Positions 35,713 through 46,094 are shown, counted from the first letter of the stretch. The stretch is DNA of 64,000 nt from Gemmatimonadota bacterium (GCA_039589315.1 JBDHHQ010000011.1:22112-86111); one strand, 5' to 3'. The notes: generated by a model not told the origin, from the letters alone. Made by a program: numbers and translations.

Positions 35713-37599
35713 ATGATCAGGTTCCCCGTGCGGTCTCGATTCTCTCCCCTCATCGCCCTCCTCGCACTCGCACCGCCCTCATCGGGGGCCGCACAGCTCG
35801 AGGTCACCGAGGCGTCCATCACCGAGCTCCAGGCGGCCATGACCTCCGGCGAGACGACCTCGGCCGAGATCACCACGGCATACCTGGCGCGGATCCGTGC
35901 CTACGACCAGGCCGGCGCAGAGCTCAACGCGATGATCCGCCTCAATCCGAACGCACTCGCGGAGGCGGAAGCGCTGGACCGGGAACGCGCGGCGCGGGGG
36001 CCCAGAGGCCCGCTCCACGGCGTCCCGATCATTCTGAAGGACAACTACGATCTGGCCGGAATGCCCTCGACGGCGGCTTCGCTGGGACTCGCGGGCCTCA
36101 TGCCGCCCGACGACGCGTTCCAGGTGAAGAAGCTCCGGGAGGCCGGGGCCGTGTTCATCGGCAAGTCGAACCTCCACGAGCTGGCGTCCGGGATCAGCAC
36201 GATCGCGTCGCTGGGCGGCCAGACGCTGAATCCCTACGACCTGTCCCGAAACCCCGGCGGCTCGAGCGGTGGCACGGGGGCGGCCATCGCGGCCAGCTTC
36301 GCCGCCGTCGGTTGGGGCAGCGACACCTGTGGCTCGATCCGGATTCCGTCCTCGCACAACAACCTGGTGGGGCTGAGGCCCACAAAGGGTCTCTCGAGCA
36401 TCGACGGGATCGTGCCGCTCTCCCACACTCAGGACACCGGGGGACCGCTGGCACGCACGGTGAGGGACCTGGCCATCGCCCTCGACGCCACGATCGGTCC
36501 GGACCCGGCTGACCCGGCGACACGCGCCCTCGAGGGGAGAGCGCTCCCGGTATTCTCCGACGCGCTGGATGAGCGAGCCCTCGACGGTGCGCGCATCGGG
36601 ATCCTGGAGCAGCTGTTCGGGGGCGGAGGGGCCGAGACCGCGGCGGCCGACGTGGTTCGTGCCGCGATCGGGGAGATGGTCGAGCTCGGCGCGGACACCG
36701 TGACCGTGGAGATCGCGGAGTTGGATAGCCTGACGGCTCGAACGGGCGTGATCAGTCACGAGTTCGTGGCGGACCTGGCCGACTATCTGGCCGGAGTACC
36801 CGATGCCCCGGTCGAGTCGCTACACGAGTTGATGGAGCAGGGCCTGATCCACGAGGCGCTCATCCCCAGAATGCGCGCCCGCACGAGTGGCGAAGCGCTG
36901 GACCCCGAGGCCTACCGGGAGGCCCTTTCCCGGCGAGGGCCCCTGGCGGACACCCTGGTGGCGCTGATGGACCGTCACGAGCTGGACGCTCTCGTGTATC
37001 CGACGATCCGCCTGATCCCGTCAACCAACCCGGACCCGCAACGTGGGTCGAACTGTCAGCTCGCGGCGGCGAGCGGCCTGCCCGCAATCAGCGTCCCGTC
37101 CGGATTCACGGAAGGTGGCTTGCCGATCGGTGCGGAGCTGCTGGGACGCTCGTTCGACGATGCGCGACTGGTGGCGCTGGCCTACGCCTTCGAGCAGGGC
37201 ACGGATCACCGACGGCCGGCACCGAGCACGCCGCCACTCGTGGGCGGTGCCGCTCCACCGCCCGTGTCTCTCGACCTTCACGCGACCGGGGAGGGCGCCG
37301 CGGAAGCGCGTGGCCAACTCGTCTTCGACCCGGTGCGGGGCACGCTCGCGTACGACATCACGGTGTCCGGGGTCGATCCGGCGGACCTGTTCGCAGTGGC
37401 GCTGCGGTCCACCGACAACGAGGGCCAGGAGATGGTGGTGCGGCGCGTCTCGGGGCCGGAGGTCACCACGCCGCGCGGCACGCTCACGCTCACGCCAGCC
37501 AACAGGTCGAGGCTGGAGCGGGGCGAGCTCTACCTCGACGTCTTCACGCGCGACCGTCCCTTCGGTGCCGCACGGGCCAGCCTGCGGCTACCCCGCTGA
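35713..37599 (+). CDS. Secreted amidase-signature enzyme with C-terminal CHRD-like domain
   Basis: Signal peptide MIRFPVRS...; LHGVPIILKD, GGSSGG, GSDTCGSIRIPS; C-terminal GTLAYDITVSG...GELYLDVFT...FGAARA. Confidence 0.88.
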   Translation: MIRFPVRSRFSPLIALLALAPPSSGAAQLEVTEASITELQAAMTSGETTSAEITTAYLARIRAYDQAGAELNAMIRLNPNALAEAEALDRERAARGPRGPLHGVPIILKDNYDLAGMPSTAASLGLAGLMPPDDAFQVKKLREAGAVFIGKSNLHELASGISTIASLGGQTLNPYDLSRNPGGSSGGTGAAIAASFAAVGWGSDTCGSIRIPSSHNNLVGLRPTKGLSSIDGIVPLSHTQDTGGPLARTVRDLAIALDATIGPDPADPATRALEGRALPVFSDALDERALDGARIGILEQLFGGGGAETAAADVVRAAIGEMVELGADTVTVEIAELDSLTARTGVISHEFVADLADYLAGVPDAPVESLHELMEQGLIHEALIPRMRARTSGEALDPEAYREALSRRGPLADTLVALMDRHELDALVYPTIRLIPSTNPDPQRGSNCQLAAASGLPAISVPSGFTEGGLPIGAELLGRSFDDARLVALAYAFEQGTDHRRPAPSTPPLVGGAAPPPVSLDLHATGEGAAEARGQLVFDPVRGTLAYDITVSGVDPADLFAVALRSTDNEGQEMVVRRVSGPEVTTPRGTLTLTPANRSRLERGELYLDVFTRDRPFGAARASLRLPR

Positions 37600-37653
37600 C
37601 GACCGGGGTGGCAGGCATCCGGAACGAGAGCCGCTCTCGATCCCCGAAGCCCG

Positions 37654-37842
37654 TCAGTTCTGGAGCTCTACCGGGTCCTCCCCTGGAGCGTCTACCACCT
37701 GGTAGAACGTGCCGTCCGACTGGTCCTCCACCTCCTCGAAGAAGACCATGTCGAACTGGTAGTATGTGACGCCGCCCTCTTCGAGGGTGGTGGAGCCCTC
37801 CGGAAGTGCGACTGCGAGAACCACACAGCTGAGTCGTCTCAT
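37654..37842 (-). pseudogene. Probable internally deleted remnant of a secreted DUF6515-like protein
   Basis: GGAGGG RBS; signal-like MRRLSCVVLAVA joined directly to LPEGSTTLEEGGVTYYQFDMVFF...YQVVDAP; family assignment from memory. Confidence 0.45.
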
Positions 37843-37936
37843 CGCCCTCCGCCGCCGATCATGTTCCGTGGACGCGAGGCGCCGTCGTTGCCGCCCGCCA
37901 CGCCTTCGAGAGGTGCCAATGCACGGGAACGACTCG

Positions 37937-37953
37937 TGCAGGGCGTGTGCCAG
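37937..37953 (-). promoter_or_regulatory. Candidate sigma-54 (-24/-12) promoter
   Basis: Minus strand CTGGCAC-ACGCC-CTGCA (GG-N10-GC), about 95 nt upstream of the 37842 start. Confidence 0.5.
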
Positions 37954-38127
37954 AGCAGACTACGCGTGGATGTGAGGAACCCCTCGAAGTTGGTCGGGCA
38001 AGGTCCTCAAGACACTGCGGCGCAGATGGTGGCCTGCATCACGAGGTGGCGAGGGCGATCGAGGTCTTCGAGGGTCGCTTGGCTCCTCTGGTTCGCCGGT
38101 CGCTGCAAACGCTTTGTTGTCGTGACC

Positions 38128-38553
38128 CTACGGCGTGACCTGATCCTCCGGAATGCACGCTCCGAATGCGACGAACCCCGTGCCATCGTCGGTGATGGTC
38201 AGAGACATGTCGAGGTCCTCATCCGAAAGGACCATGCTCCAACCCCGACCGCCCTCGGCTCCCGAGAGAATCGTCTTCCCGTCCTGGCGCGCCACCGCAC
38301 CGACGCGCGTCTGCTCGCCGCGTCTGGACTCGGGAGCCAGGAGAGTGATGACGCCGGCTTCGACGTCCACATGGATGAACGTAGGAGGTGGCGGGTCCCG
38401 AAGGGGCGGCTGGCAGTTGAGCGAGTCGTCGCACTCGAGCCCGCTCACAACGGAGCAGACGAGGGGAGCGGTCTGTGCGGTGGCGGCCGAGGCGGCCACC
38501 GCGAGGATCACGAGCGAGAGACACGAGCCTCTGACGCTGCTTGCGTTCGTCAT
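38128..38553 (-). CDS. Secreted hypothetical protein with four Cys (probable disulfides)
   Basis: Signal peptide ending ATA-Q; LVC...LEC...LNC and C-terminal GFVAFGAC. Confidence 0.75.
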   Translation of the reverse strand: MTNASSVRGSCLSLVILAVAASAATAQTAPLVCSVVSGLECDDSLNCQPPLRDPPPPTFIHVDVEAGVITLLAPESRRGEQTRVGAVARQDGKTILSGAEGGRGWSMVLSDEDLDMSLTITDDGTGFVAFGACIPEDQVTP

Positions 38554-38573
38554 CTTCGTCGGTCCCGGTCGGT

Positions 38574-39095
38574 TCAGGTTACGGTGTACCCACGAGCCTG
38601 CATGCAGCCCACCCAAGCACGGTCCCACCGCTGGAAGTTCGAGTTGAATTCGTCGACTGCGGCTTGGGCTTGCGCCTGAGCATCCGCCTGGGCTCTCCTC
38701 GACCGACTGCCCCCGATCAGGCCCCCCGCCACAGCGCCGATGGCGGCACCCTTTCCCGCGTCTCCAGCAATCGCGCCGATGGCCAAGCCACCAAGGGCGC
38801 CACCCGCGGCACCCCGTACGCCGCCGCCGGCAGCGGCGTCGGCCTGCTCAGCCGCGACGTAGCCTGCCTCCACGAGCGCTTGGTGGGCCACGTAGGGATC
38901 CCAGCCGCCCGTGTTGTCGCTGGCCCACCAGTAACACTCGAGCTGATCGCGCTGCTGGGTGTCCACATCCTGTCCCTCGGCGGGGTAGACCATCCGCTGC
39001 GCGGGATTGGTGCCCGGGGGCAATGGGCGATCCTGTCCCTGGGCGGCCAGGGGCGCCGCGACGAGCGCCAGCACGGATATCGCTACCCATCTCAT
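38574..39095 (-). CDS. Glycine-zipper (YMGG-like) secreted protein
   Basis: Signal peptide; YPAEGQ...QQRDQLECY; GAAGGALGGLAIGAIAGDAGKGAAIGA; CMQARGYTV. Confidence 0.85.
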   Translation of the reverse strand: MRWVAISVLALVAAPLAAQGQDRPLPPGTNPAQRMVYPAEGQDVDTQQRDQLECYWWASDNTGGWDPYVAHQALVEAGYVAAEQADAAAGGGVRGAAGGALGGLAIGAIAGDAGKGAAIGAVAGGLIGGSRSRRAQADAQAQAQAAVDEFNSNFQRWDRAWVGCMQARGYTVT

Positions 39096-39365
39096 TGAAT
39101 GAGCTCCTTCTTCCGGTGAGACCCAGATGAAACGGACGAACCGAGAGCCGGATCGGCCGATCGGTCGCGATCCGAGGCTGAGGACTCAGAATAACCAAGT
39201 AACCCATCCTCGCCAACGCGTGGCGCGCAGGACGGCCAGACCGATCGGTGCTCGCCTTGCCCGTGCGCCCACCCCGAGATCATCTTCGCGCCCCGTTCGT
39301 CGTTCCACCCGTTTCGAACCCGGGAGCCTGGTCGGCCGACCCGTTGCCCGGGCAGAGGTACAAAC

Positions 39366-39809
39366 GTGAATTCGCTGACTATCTATGCAGCCGGCGAGAT
39401 CCACTCCGACTGGCGGCAGCGCCTCCGTGACCAGTTGGCCGCCCTCGGCGTGGAGGCCACGGTCATTGGCCCACAGGAAATACATGACCGGTCGGATTCG
39501 GTGGGCGAGGACATCCTGGGCGAGCAACCGGGGCCGCGCTACCGGGACCTCATGGGCGCCCGGGTGAACACGCTCCGCACGAGGATTCTCATGCGTCGCG
39601 CCGATCTGGTCGTCGCCTACTTCGGGCAGAAGTACCGCCAGTGGAATACGGCCACCGACGCGGGGGCGGCCTTGGCAGCCGACGTGCCGTTGGTGCTGGT
39701 CCGGGAGCCCGACCTGGTCCACGCCCTCAAGGAGCTGGACGCGCTGGCGACGCTGACCGTCGAGAACCTGGAGCAGGCCGCCCAGGCCATCGCCTACGTG
39801 TTCGAGTAG
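39366..39809 (+). CDS. YtoQ-family protein (nucleoside 2-deoxyribosyltransferase-like fold)
   Basis: IYAAGEIHSDWR, FGQKYRQWN, HALKE motifs. Confidence 0.88.
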   Translation: MNSLTIYAAGEIHSDWRQRLRDQLAALGVEATVIGPQEIHDRSDSVGEDILGEQPGPRYRDLMGARVNTLRTRILMRRADLVVAYFGQKYRQWNTATDAGAALAADVPLVLVREPDLVHALKELDALATLTVENLEQAAQAIAYVFE

Positions 39810-39884
39810 CTCGCCACGGAGTTCTTCAGCCCTGAGTGGGCAGCGGCGTGGCTGGATCCGGCCCGAGCCCCACCGTTACGACAA

Positions 39885-39928
39885 GGAAACCCCGGGAGGC
39901 CGGACTGACCGACCTCCCGGGGCTTTCC
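39885..39928. terminator. Stem-loop between convergent genes
   Basis: GGAAACCCCGGGAGG...CCTCCCGGGGCTTTCC. Confidence 0.65.
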
Positions 39929-39951
39929 GTCTAGGCGGGACTCTCCGAGCC

Positions 39952-40521
39952 CTACTGTTTCGGCTGCTGTGACGGCGGATCCTCACCCAGCGCCTCAGCG
40001 ATCGCCTCTTCCTCGAAACGCTCCAGCACGTCGTCACGATCGCGGTCCGTCAGTAGCGGCGAGTCGGCCAGCCGTTGGGCCCGGGAAGCGAAGGCACGCT
40101 GATCCCGCGTCTTCCCGGCCTTGCCCGCGACCCACGCCGCATCGGTGTAGATGTGAGCCGCCCGGATGACGTCCCCTGCGGCCAACGCGTGCTGCGCGGC
40201 TCCCACGAGGTCCCTCATGGCGGCGGCGTGATCGCGAAGGTAGTAGGAGAGGCGGCCTGCATAGACCAAGTCCTCCACTGCTTCGGGATCACCGTCTTCT
40301 CGGAGGTTGGCTGCCGCCCGGTACAGCGACGCAGCATAGTCCCACCGATGTCTCTGTTCACTGAGATCCTGGGCCTCGGATTCGAGGCTGGCTGCCCGGG
40401 CTTCCCGGGCGGACGTGCCCTGCGCGGTTTGGGCCTGCGCCGGTGCTGTGTCGATTCCCAGAGCCGCGAGCGCGGCAATGACCACCACGCCACCCATCTT
40501 CGTTCCCCTCATCGTCCACAC
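39952..40521 (-). CDS. Secreted alpha-helical (TPR-like) hypothetical protein
   Basis: Signal peptide ending AQA; helical repeats AASLYRAAA...AAHIYTDAAWVA; start could be 40512. Confidence 0.7.
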   Translation of the reverse strand: MWTMRGTKMGGVVVIAALAALGIDTAPAQAQTAQGTSAREARAASLESEAQDLSEQRHRWDYAASLYRAAANLREDGDPEAVEDLVYAGRLSYYLRDHAAAMRDLVGAAQHALAAGDVIRAAHIYTDAAWVAGKAGKTRDQRAFASRAQRLADSPLLTDRDRDDVLERFEEEAIAEALGEDPPSQQPKQ

Positions 40522-40704
40522 TCCCCCATCACACGCACGAAGTCGAGCGACCCCCGGTCACCCGGACGACCCCCTGGCCGTCATGTATATAGACGCGTGT
40601 GAGCCCTCTCAGGTTGCAGATCAGACGGAAACAATTGTGTCACGAGGTGGCACAACGGCTGCTAACTCTCCATTTGACAGGTGGTTGAGGAGATACGGTC
40701 CTGC

Positions 40705-42984
40705 TCATGAGCCTCCGTCCGCCTGCGCCGGTCGGTTGCCCAGTCGCCGGATGAAGAAGTCTGCCGTGGCCCGGTACGCCGTGACCCAGTTCCGATGAAG
40801 GAGGAATCCGTGGACTTCGTCCGGGAAGACGAGCTCCTCCGTCTCGACGCCTCGAGCGCGAAGCCGCTCCACGAGCTTCACGGTCTCGTTGAAGTTCACG
40901 TTGCGGTCGTCGTCGCCGTGGATCATCAAAACCGGTGAGCGCCAGTCGTCCACCCAAGCCAGGGGTGACGCCTCGAACGCCGTGCGCGCTACTTCGGGAC
41001 GGTGCTCGGGGACGTAGTGGGGCACGAAGTTCTGGATGCCCGTGTTCCAGTCGTGAACCCCGTGGAAGTCGACGCCCGCAGCGAACAGGTTCGAGGCCTT
41101 GGCGAGGCCCATGGCCGTCAGGTATCCGCCGTAGGAGCCGCCCCAGAGGCCGATGCGGGCCGGGTCGACGTCGCCCCGGCCCTTCAGGTACAGACCTGCG
41201 GCCAGGACGTCGTTCACCTCCGCACCTCCGGATGCCCCGTAGTTGGGAGCCTCCCGGAACTCCATCCCGTAGCCGATGCCGCTCCGGTAGTTCACCGACA
41301 GCACGATGAACCCGCGGCTCGCCAGGTACTGGTTCATGGCGTAGGCGTTGTGGTAGTAGCCCCGGTGGTGGAACGCCAGAAGCATCTGGCGGCGAGATCC
41401 CCCATGGAGGAACAGCAGCGCGGGCCGCCGTTCACCGGGCTGGAGGTCGGTGGGCAGGAACAGCTGCCCGTGTATGGTCAGGCCGTCGGTGCTGGAGTAC
41501 GTGACCTGCTCCGGAGTGACCAGCCGGTCCGACGGGAAGTCGTCGGGTAGCTCGGCGGAGCCGGGCACCGCCGGGCTGTCACCTCCTGCGAGTACTCGAG
41601 TCATGGCCGGCTCGGTGGGCCCCGACCCCAGGTAGGCCACTGTGCCGCTTTCCGCGGTCGCGACGGGCGACCACTCCACGCCGGTCCCCGAGGTGACGGG
41701 CCCGGGGCGTCCTCCGCCGACCGGCACACGCCAGATGTGCTGTCGGTCGATGTCGCCTTGGTTGGACGAGAACAGCACCTCGGTACGATCAGGGCTCAAG
41801 GAGACGAACTGGACCTCGAAGTCGCCCGGCGTGAGGAAGGCGGCCTGACCCCCGCGCGCGGGCACCGAGTACAGGTGGGTCCAGCCGTCCTTCTCCCACG
41901 GAAAGACAAGGCGGTCCCCGGCGCCCCACATGAGCTGGTTGTCCGCCGATATGCTCCGGAACACGCTTCCCGGTCCCTCGTCGCCGCGCCACACCTCCCG
42001 TCCCCGGCCGGTCTCGGCGTCTGCGACGCGAATGGACCAGGGGTGGCCGGAGCGGCGGGGGAAGAAGGGTAGGGCGTCCTGGACGTTGGGGGTCCGGATG
42101 AACGCGACGGAGCGTGAGTCGGGGGACCAGACGGGCGAGCCGTCTTCGTCGATACTGGCGTCGAGGTAACGGACCTCGTCGGCCTCGATGTCGTAGACGC
42201 CCACGAACGCGTGGTCTCCGCGGCCGGTAACGAAGGCCATCATGGTGCCGTCGGGTGACCACTCGGCGGTGCTCACGCCCCGCCGCAGCTCGAACAGCTG
42301 CGCGGACTCCACCGCCGGGTCCGAGGCACCGGTGTCGTCCTGTGCGCCGGCAACCCCCGATCCGCCTCGAGCCTCCGGGCCCGGAGCGCCCCCGCCGGAG
42401 GCGGCCTGCCCACCACCCTCATCTTCGCCAGCGCTCTGAGTCGCCGAGCTTCCCGGCAGCTCGGCCAACTGGTCGAGGGCCGCCGTCCAGACCTGTCCCT
42501 CCTTGATGAACGCGACGGTCGTGCCGTCCGGCGAGATTCTCGGCCGCGCGCCCGCGGAGATCAGCACGGGCTCTCCGCCGTCCAACCCCACCGTCCACAC
42601 GGCCCGCTCCGCCCCCTCGGCGTCCCACGCCGGGTTGGGGACGTCGCCTGCCCGGTTGGGCGCGCCGCCCCGGACGTACACGAGCCGATTCGCGTCGGGC
42701 GTCCACTGGAGGTCGCCCACCTCCTGGCCGTCGTCCCGGTCGTAGGTCGTGAGCGGGCGCCCCTCCCAGCCCGGCCCTTCGGCCAACCAGACGTTCCGCC
42801 GGCCCTCGGCGTTCTGCACCCATGCGATGGCGTCCCCCACGGGCGCTGCCACCAGGGCGGTGGGGAACGGAGACGACATCACCTGCTCGATCGTGAACGA
42901 CTCCTGGGCGTGAGCACCCGCTGGCAGCAGCGCGGTCGTGGCCACGATGGCAGCGAAGACGAAGTGACGAAGAGCAAGGAACAT
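40705..42984 (-). CDS. S9 (prolyl oligopeptidase/DPP-like) serine peptidase with PD40 propeller
   Basis: Signal peptide MFLALRHF...AHA; GGSYGG nucleophile, HGDDDRNV (Asp), PDEVHGF (His). Confidence 0.92.
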   Translation of the reverse strand: MFLALRHFVFAAIVATTALLPAGAHAQESFTIEQVMSSPFPTALVAAPVGDAIAWVQNAEGRRNVWLAEGPGWEGRPLTTYDRDDGQEVGDLQWTPDANRLVYVRGGAPNRAGDVPNPAWDAEGAERAVWTVGLDGGEPVLISAGARPRISPDGTTVAFIKEGQVWTAALDQLAELPGSSATQSAGEDEGGGQAASGGGAPGPEARGGSGVAGAQDDTGASDPAVESAQLFELRRGVSTAEWSPDGTMMAFVTGRGDHAFVGVYDIEADEVRYLDASIDEDGSPVWSPDSRSVAFIRTPNVQDALPFFPRRSGHPWSIRVADAETGRGREVWRGDEGPGSVFRSISADNQLMWGAGDRLVFPWEKDGWTHLYSVPARGGQAAFLTPGDFEVQFVSLSPDRTEVLFSSNQGDIDRQHIWRVPVGGGRPGPVTSGTGVEWSPVATAESGTVAYLGSGPTEPAMTRVLAGGDSPAVPGSAELPDDFPSDRLVTPEQVTYSSTDGLTIHGQLFLPTDLQPGERRPALLFLHGGSRRQMLLAFHHRGYYHNAYAMNQYLASRGFIVLSVNYRSGIGYGMEFREAPNYGASGGAEVNDVLAAGLYLKGRGDVDPARIGLWGGSYGGYLTAMGLAKASNLFAAGVDFHGVHDWNTGIQNFVPHYVPEHRPEVARTAFEASPLAWVDDWRSPVLMIHGDDDRNVNFNETVKLVERLRARGVETEELVFPDEVHGFLLHRNWVTAYRATADFFIRRLGNRPAQADGGS

Positions 42985-43208
42985 CCAGGACCTCCGGGAT
43001 GGGCGGGCTGTCGGGCTCCTGGGATTGTGCTGCGAGCCGAGATGGGGCGCCAGGGCCCGGCCGGAGCGCCCCCTGGCGAGGCAGGCTTCGGTCCCGTCCG
43101 CCGGCCTTGCCCGAGGGACCTGGCCGGTCGGCGATCCACGTTGCCATCGCCGTTCCGTCACACCACGTTGACCGCCCATCGCACACCGTGACCAACAGGA
43201 GCCCACGA

Positions 43209-46094
43209 ATGCGCATCCCGACCAGCGCGTACGTTCTCGCGATCGCAGCCCTGGCGTCCCCGATAGCCCCGACCGCGACCGCCGAGGCCCAGTCCCTCGA
43301 CGAGCTGTTCCAGGACCTGGAGTGGCGGAACATCGGCCCAGCAAACATGGCCGGTCGCGTCACCGACATCGAGGCCGTCGACGCCAGCTTCGCCACGGTC
43401 TTCGTGGCCGCGGCGTCGGGCGGTGTCTGGAAGTCCACCAACGCCGGCACCACCTGGGAAGCCATCTTCGAGGACTACGGCACCGGGAACATTGGCGACA
43501 TCGCCGTCTTCCAGCCAAACCCGGACATCGTGTGGGTCGGCACGGGCGAGTCCTGCACCCGGAACTCCGCGGGCTGGGGCGACGGTGTCTACAGGTCCAC
43601 GGACGGGGGTGAGACGTTCGAGAACGTGGGCCTCGAGGATACCCATCACATCGGGGAGGTCATCACGCATCCCAGCGATCCGGACGTCGCCTACGTGGCC
43701 GCCCAGGGGCACCTCTGGGGTCACTCCGGGGATCGGGGCCTGTTCAAAACCGTCGACGGTGGGGAGAGGTGGACCAAGCTCACCAACGGTCTGCCCGATG
43801 ACGACCGCACGGGGGCCACGGACATCGTCATGGACCCGCGGGATCCCAACGTTCTCTTCGTGGCATCCTGGGAGCGCCTTCGCCAGCCGCACCGCTTCGA
43901 CTCCGGGGGGCCCAACGGGGGCATCTTCAAGAGCACGGACGGCGGTGAAAGCTGGACGAAGCTGACGAACGGACTCCCGGAAGGGGAGACCGGCAAGATC
44001 GGCCTCGCCCTTCACCGGGCCAATCCGGACATCGTCATGGCCATCGTCGAGCACGGCTACCAGCCCGAGGAGCGCGTGGACGGGGAGCCCAATCCCGAGT
44101 ACGCCGACATGTCCCAGCTGGGCACCGGCATCTACCGTTCGGAGAACGGCGGACAGAGCTGGACCTACGTCAACCGGTACAACAACCGGCCCTTCTACTA
44201 CAGCCACATCTGGATGGACCCGGCCAACGACCAGCGGGTCTACGTCCTGTCCGGCTCGGCCCAGGTCTCCGAGGACGGCGGCCGGACCTTCGATCGGCAG
44301 CTGGAGGGCATCTCCGGGGATTTCCACGCCCTTTGGATCAATCCCGACAACCCCGAGATCTTCTACGTGGGGAACGACAAGGGCTCGTACGTGACGTACG
44401 ACCAGGGTCACAGCTTCATCATGTACGACAACATGGACCTGGGTCAGTTCTACGCGGTCACCGTGGACATGCGGGATCCCTACTGGGTGTACGGCGGGCT
44501 CCAGGACAACGGGAACTGGGGCGGGCCGTCGAACAGCCGGGACTGGAACGGCGTCCTCGCGGACCACTGGTTCAAGTTCCACAGCGGCGACGGCTTCCAC
44601 ACCACGCCGGATCCCAACGACTGGCGAACGGTCTACACCGAGAGCCAGGGCGGGAACATCCGGAGGCGTGACGCCGTCTTCCGGCAGCAGGGCCACAGCA
44701 TCACGCCAAACCGCGCCAACATTCTGAACCTGGCGGACCACTACCCCGAGGTGGCGAGCCAGCCCTTGGAGACCGAGGACACAGGGTCACAGTTTCAGCA
44801 GGCGAACGAGCTGCCCAGGGAGCACTTCCGCTTCAACTGGAGCTCGCCGCTGATCCTGTCGCCCCACGACAGCAAGACGATCTATTTCGGCGGGAATCAC
44901 GTGTTCAAGAGCACGGATCAGGGAGCCACCTGGTGGATCGTGAGCCCGGATCTCTCGACTGTTGCCGAGAACCCGGAGTTGGCCGAGGAAGAGAGCGGTG
45001 GGCTCACCCGGGACGTCACGCAGGCCGAGACCCACGCCACCGCCATCACCATTGCCGAGTCCCCCGTCGTACCGGGGCTGATCTGGGTGGGGACCGACGA
45101 CGGCAACGTCCAGATCACGCGGGATGGCGGAGCGACCTGGACGAACGTCCGCGCGAACGTCCCGGACGTGCCCGCGGGCCTGTGGGTCAGCAGAGTCGAG
45201 GCGTCCCGCTACGCCGAGGGGACGGCGTACGTCACCTTCGACGGGCACCGGAGCGACAACTTCGACCCTTGGGTCTTCCGGACGCGGGACTACGGTGCCA
45301 CATGGGAGAGCATCTCGTCGGATCTGCCGACGGGGCATTCGGTCTACGTCATCGAGGAGGATCCCAAGAACCCGAACCTGCTCTTCGTGGGCACCGAGTT
45401 CGGAGCGTTCGCCACCGTGGACGGCGGGGCGCATTGGTCCCCCTTGAAGAACGGCCTGCCTACCGTGTCCGTCCACGATCTGGTGGTGCACCCGAGGGAC
45501 GGGGACCTGGTGGCGGCTACCCACGGTCGCAGTGTCTGGATCCTGGACGACATCACGGCGCTGCAGCAGTTGGCCGGCGGCATGCCCCGGGGCGCCCACC
45601 TCTTCCAGCCACGGGTCGCCACGCAGTGGAACGGCATCAGCCGGGGCGCCACGAGAGGCCACAAGCTGTTCCAGGGGAAGAACCCGCTGACCATCCGCCA
45701 CCGGGAGCCCGGGAACTCGCCGGACGAGCTCGAGTCGTCCGCGGCGATCCACTACCTGCTGCCCTCGGGAGTCGGTTCGGCGACGCTCGAGGTGTCGGCC
45801 ATGGACGGGTCTGCGTCCCACAAGGCCGAGCTTGCCGCCGAGGCCGGGATCCACCGGTACTACTGGGACATGCGCTACGACCCGACGGAGGAGCAGTTGC
45901 GGACCCACGAAGCCAGGCTGGAGCGAGCGCGCCAACGATTCGGCGGGCAGATCCCGGCCTTCTTCGAGCAGCAGCCCGCTCAGGGTACGCTGGTAGGGCC
46001 CGGCACGTACCTGGTGAGGCTCACCGTAGACGGCGTGGCGCACGAGGGGACCGTGACCGTTCGGCCGGACCCCGGCGTGAGCTGGGTGCGCTGA
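43209..46094 (+). CDS. BNR/Asp-box (VPS10/sortilin-like) beta-propeller secreted protein
   Basis: WRNIGPANMAGRVTDI, many S/T-x-DGG-x-T/SW Asp-boxes, GGLQDNG, ATHGRS, PGTYLVRL. Confidence 0.9.
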   Translation: MRIPTSAYVLAIAALASPIAPTATAEAQSLDELFQDLEWRNIGPANMAGRVTDIEAVDASFATVFVAAASGGVWKSTNAGTTWEAIFEDYGTGNIGDIAVFQPNPDIVWVGTGESCTRNSAGWGDGVYRSTDGGETFENVGLEDTHHIGEVITHPSDPDVAYVAAQGHLWGHSGDRGLFKTVDGGERWTKLTNGLPDDDRTGATDIVMDPRDPNVLFVASWERLRQPHRFDSGGPNGGIFKSTDGGESWTKLTNGLPEGETGKIGLALHRANPDIVMAIVEHGYQPEERVDGEPNPEYADMSQLGTGIYRSENGGQSWTYVNRYNNRPFYYSHIWMDPANDQRVYVLSGSAQVSEDGGRTFDRQLEGISGDFHALWINPDNPEIFYVGNDKGSYVTYDQGHSFIMYDNMDLGQFYAVTVDMRDPYWVYGGLQDNGNWGGPSNSRDWNGVLADHWFKFHSGDGFHTTPDPNDWRTVYTESQGGNIRRRDAVFRQQGHSITPNRANILNLADHYPEVASQPLETEDTGSQFQQANELPREHFRFNWSSPLILSPHDSKTIYFGGNHVFKSTDQGATWWIVSPDLSTVAENPELAEEESGGLTRDVTQAETHATAITIAESPVVPGLIWVGTDDGNVQITRDGGATWTNVRANVPDVPAGLWVSRVEASRYAEGTAYVTFDGHRSDNFDPWVFRTRDYGATWESISSDLPTGHSVYVIEEDPKNPNLLFVGTEFGAFATVDGGAHWSPLKNGLPTVSVHDLVVHPRDGDLVAATHGRSVWILDDITALQQLAGGMPRGAHLFQPRVATQWNGISRGATRGHKLFQGKNPLTIRHREPGNSPDELESSAAIHYLLPSGVGSATLEVSAMDGSASHKAELAAEAGIHRYYWDMRYDPTEEQLRTHEARLERARQRFGGQIPAFFEQQPAQGTLVGPGTYLVRLTVDGVAHEGTVTVRPDPGVSWVR

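Noticed and set aside
40598..40613. CRP/FNR-like box TGTGA-N6-TCAGG
   Set aside because: Only 8/10 match with no supporting context.
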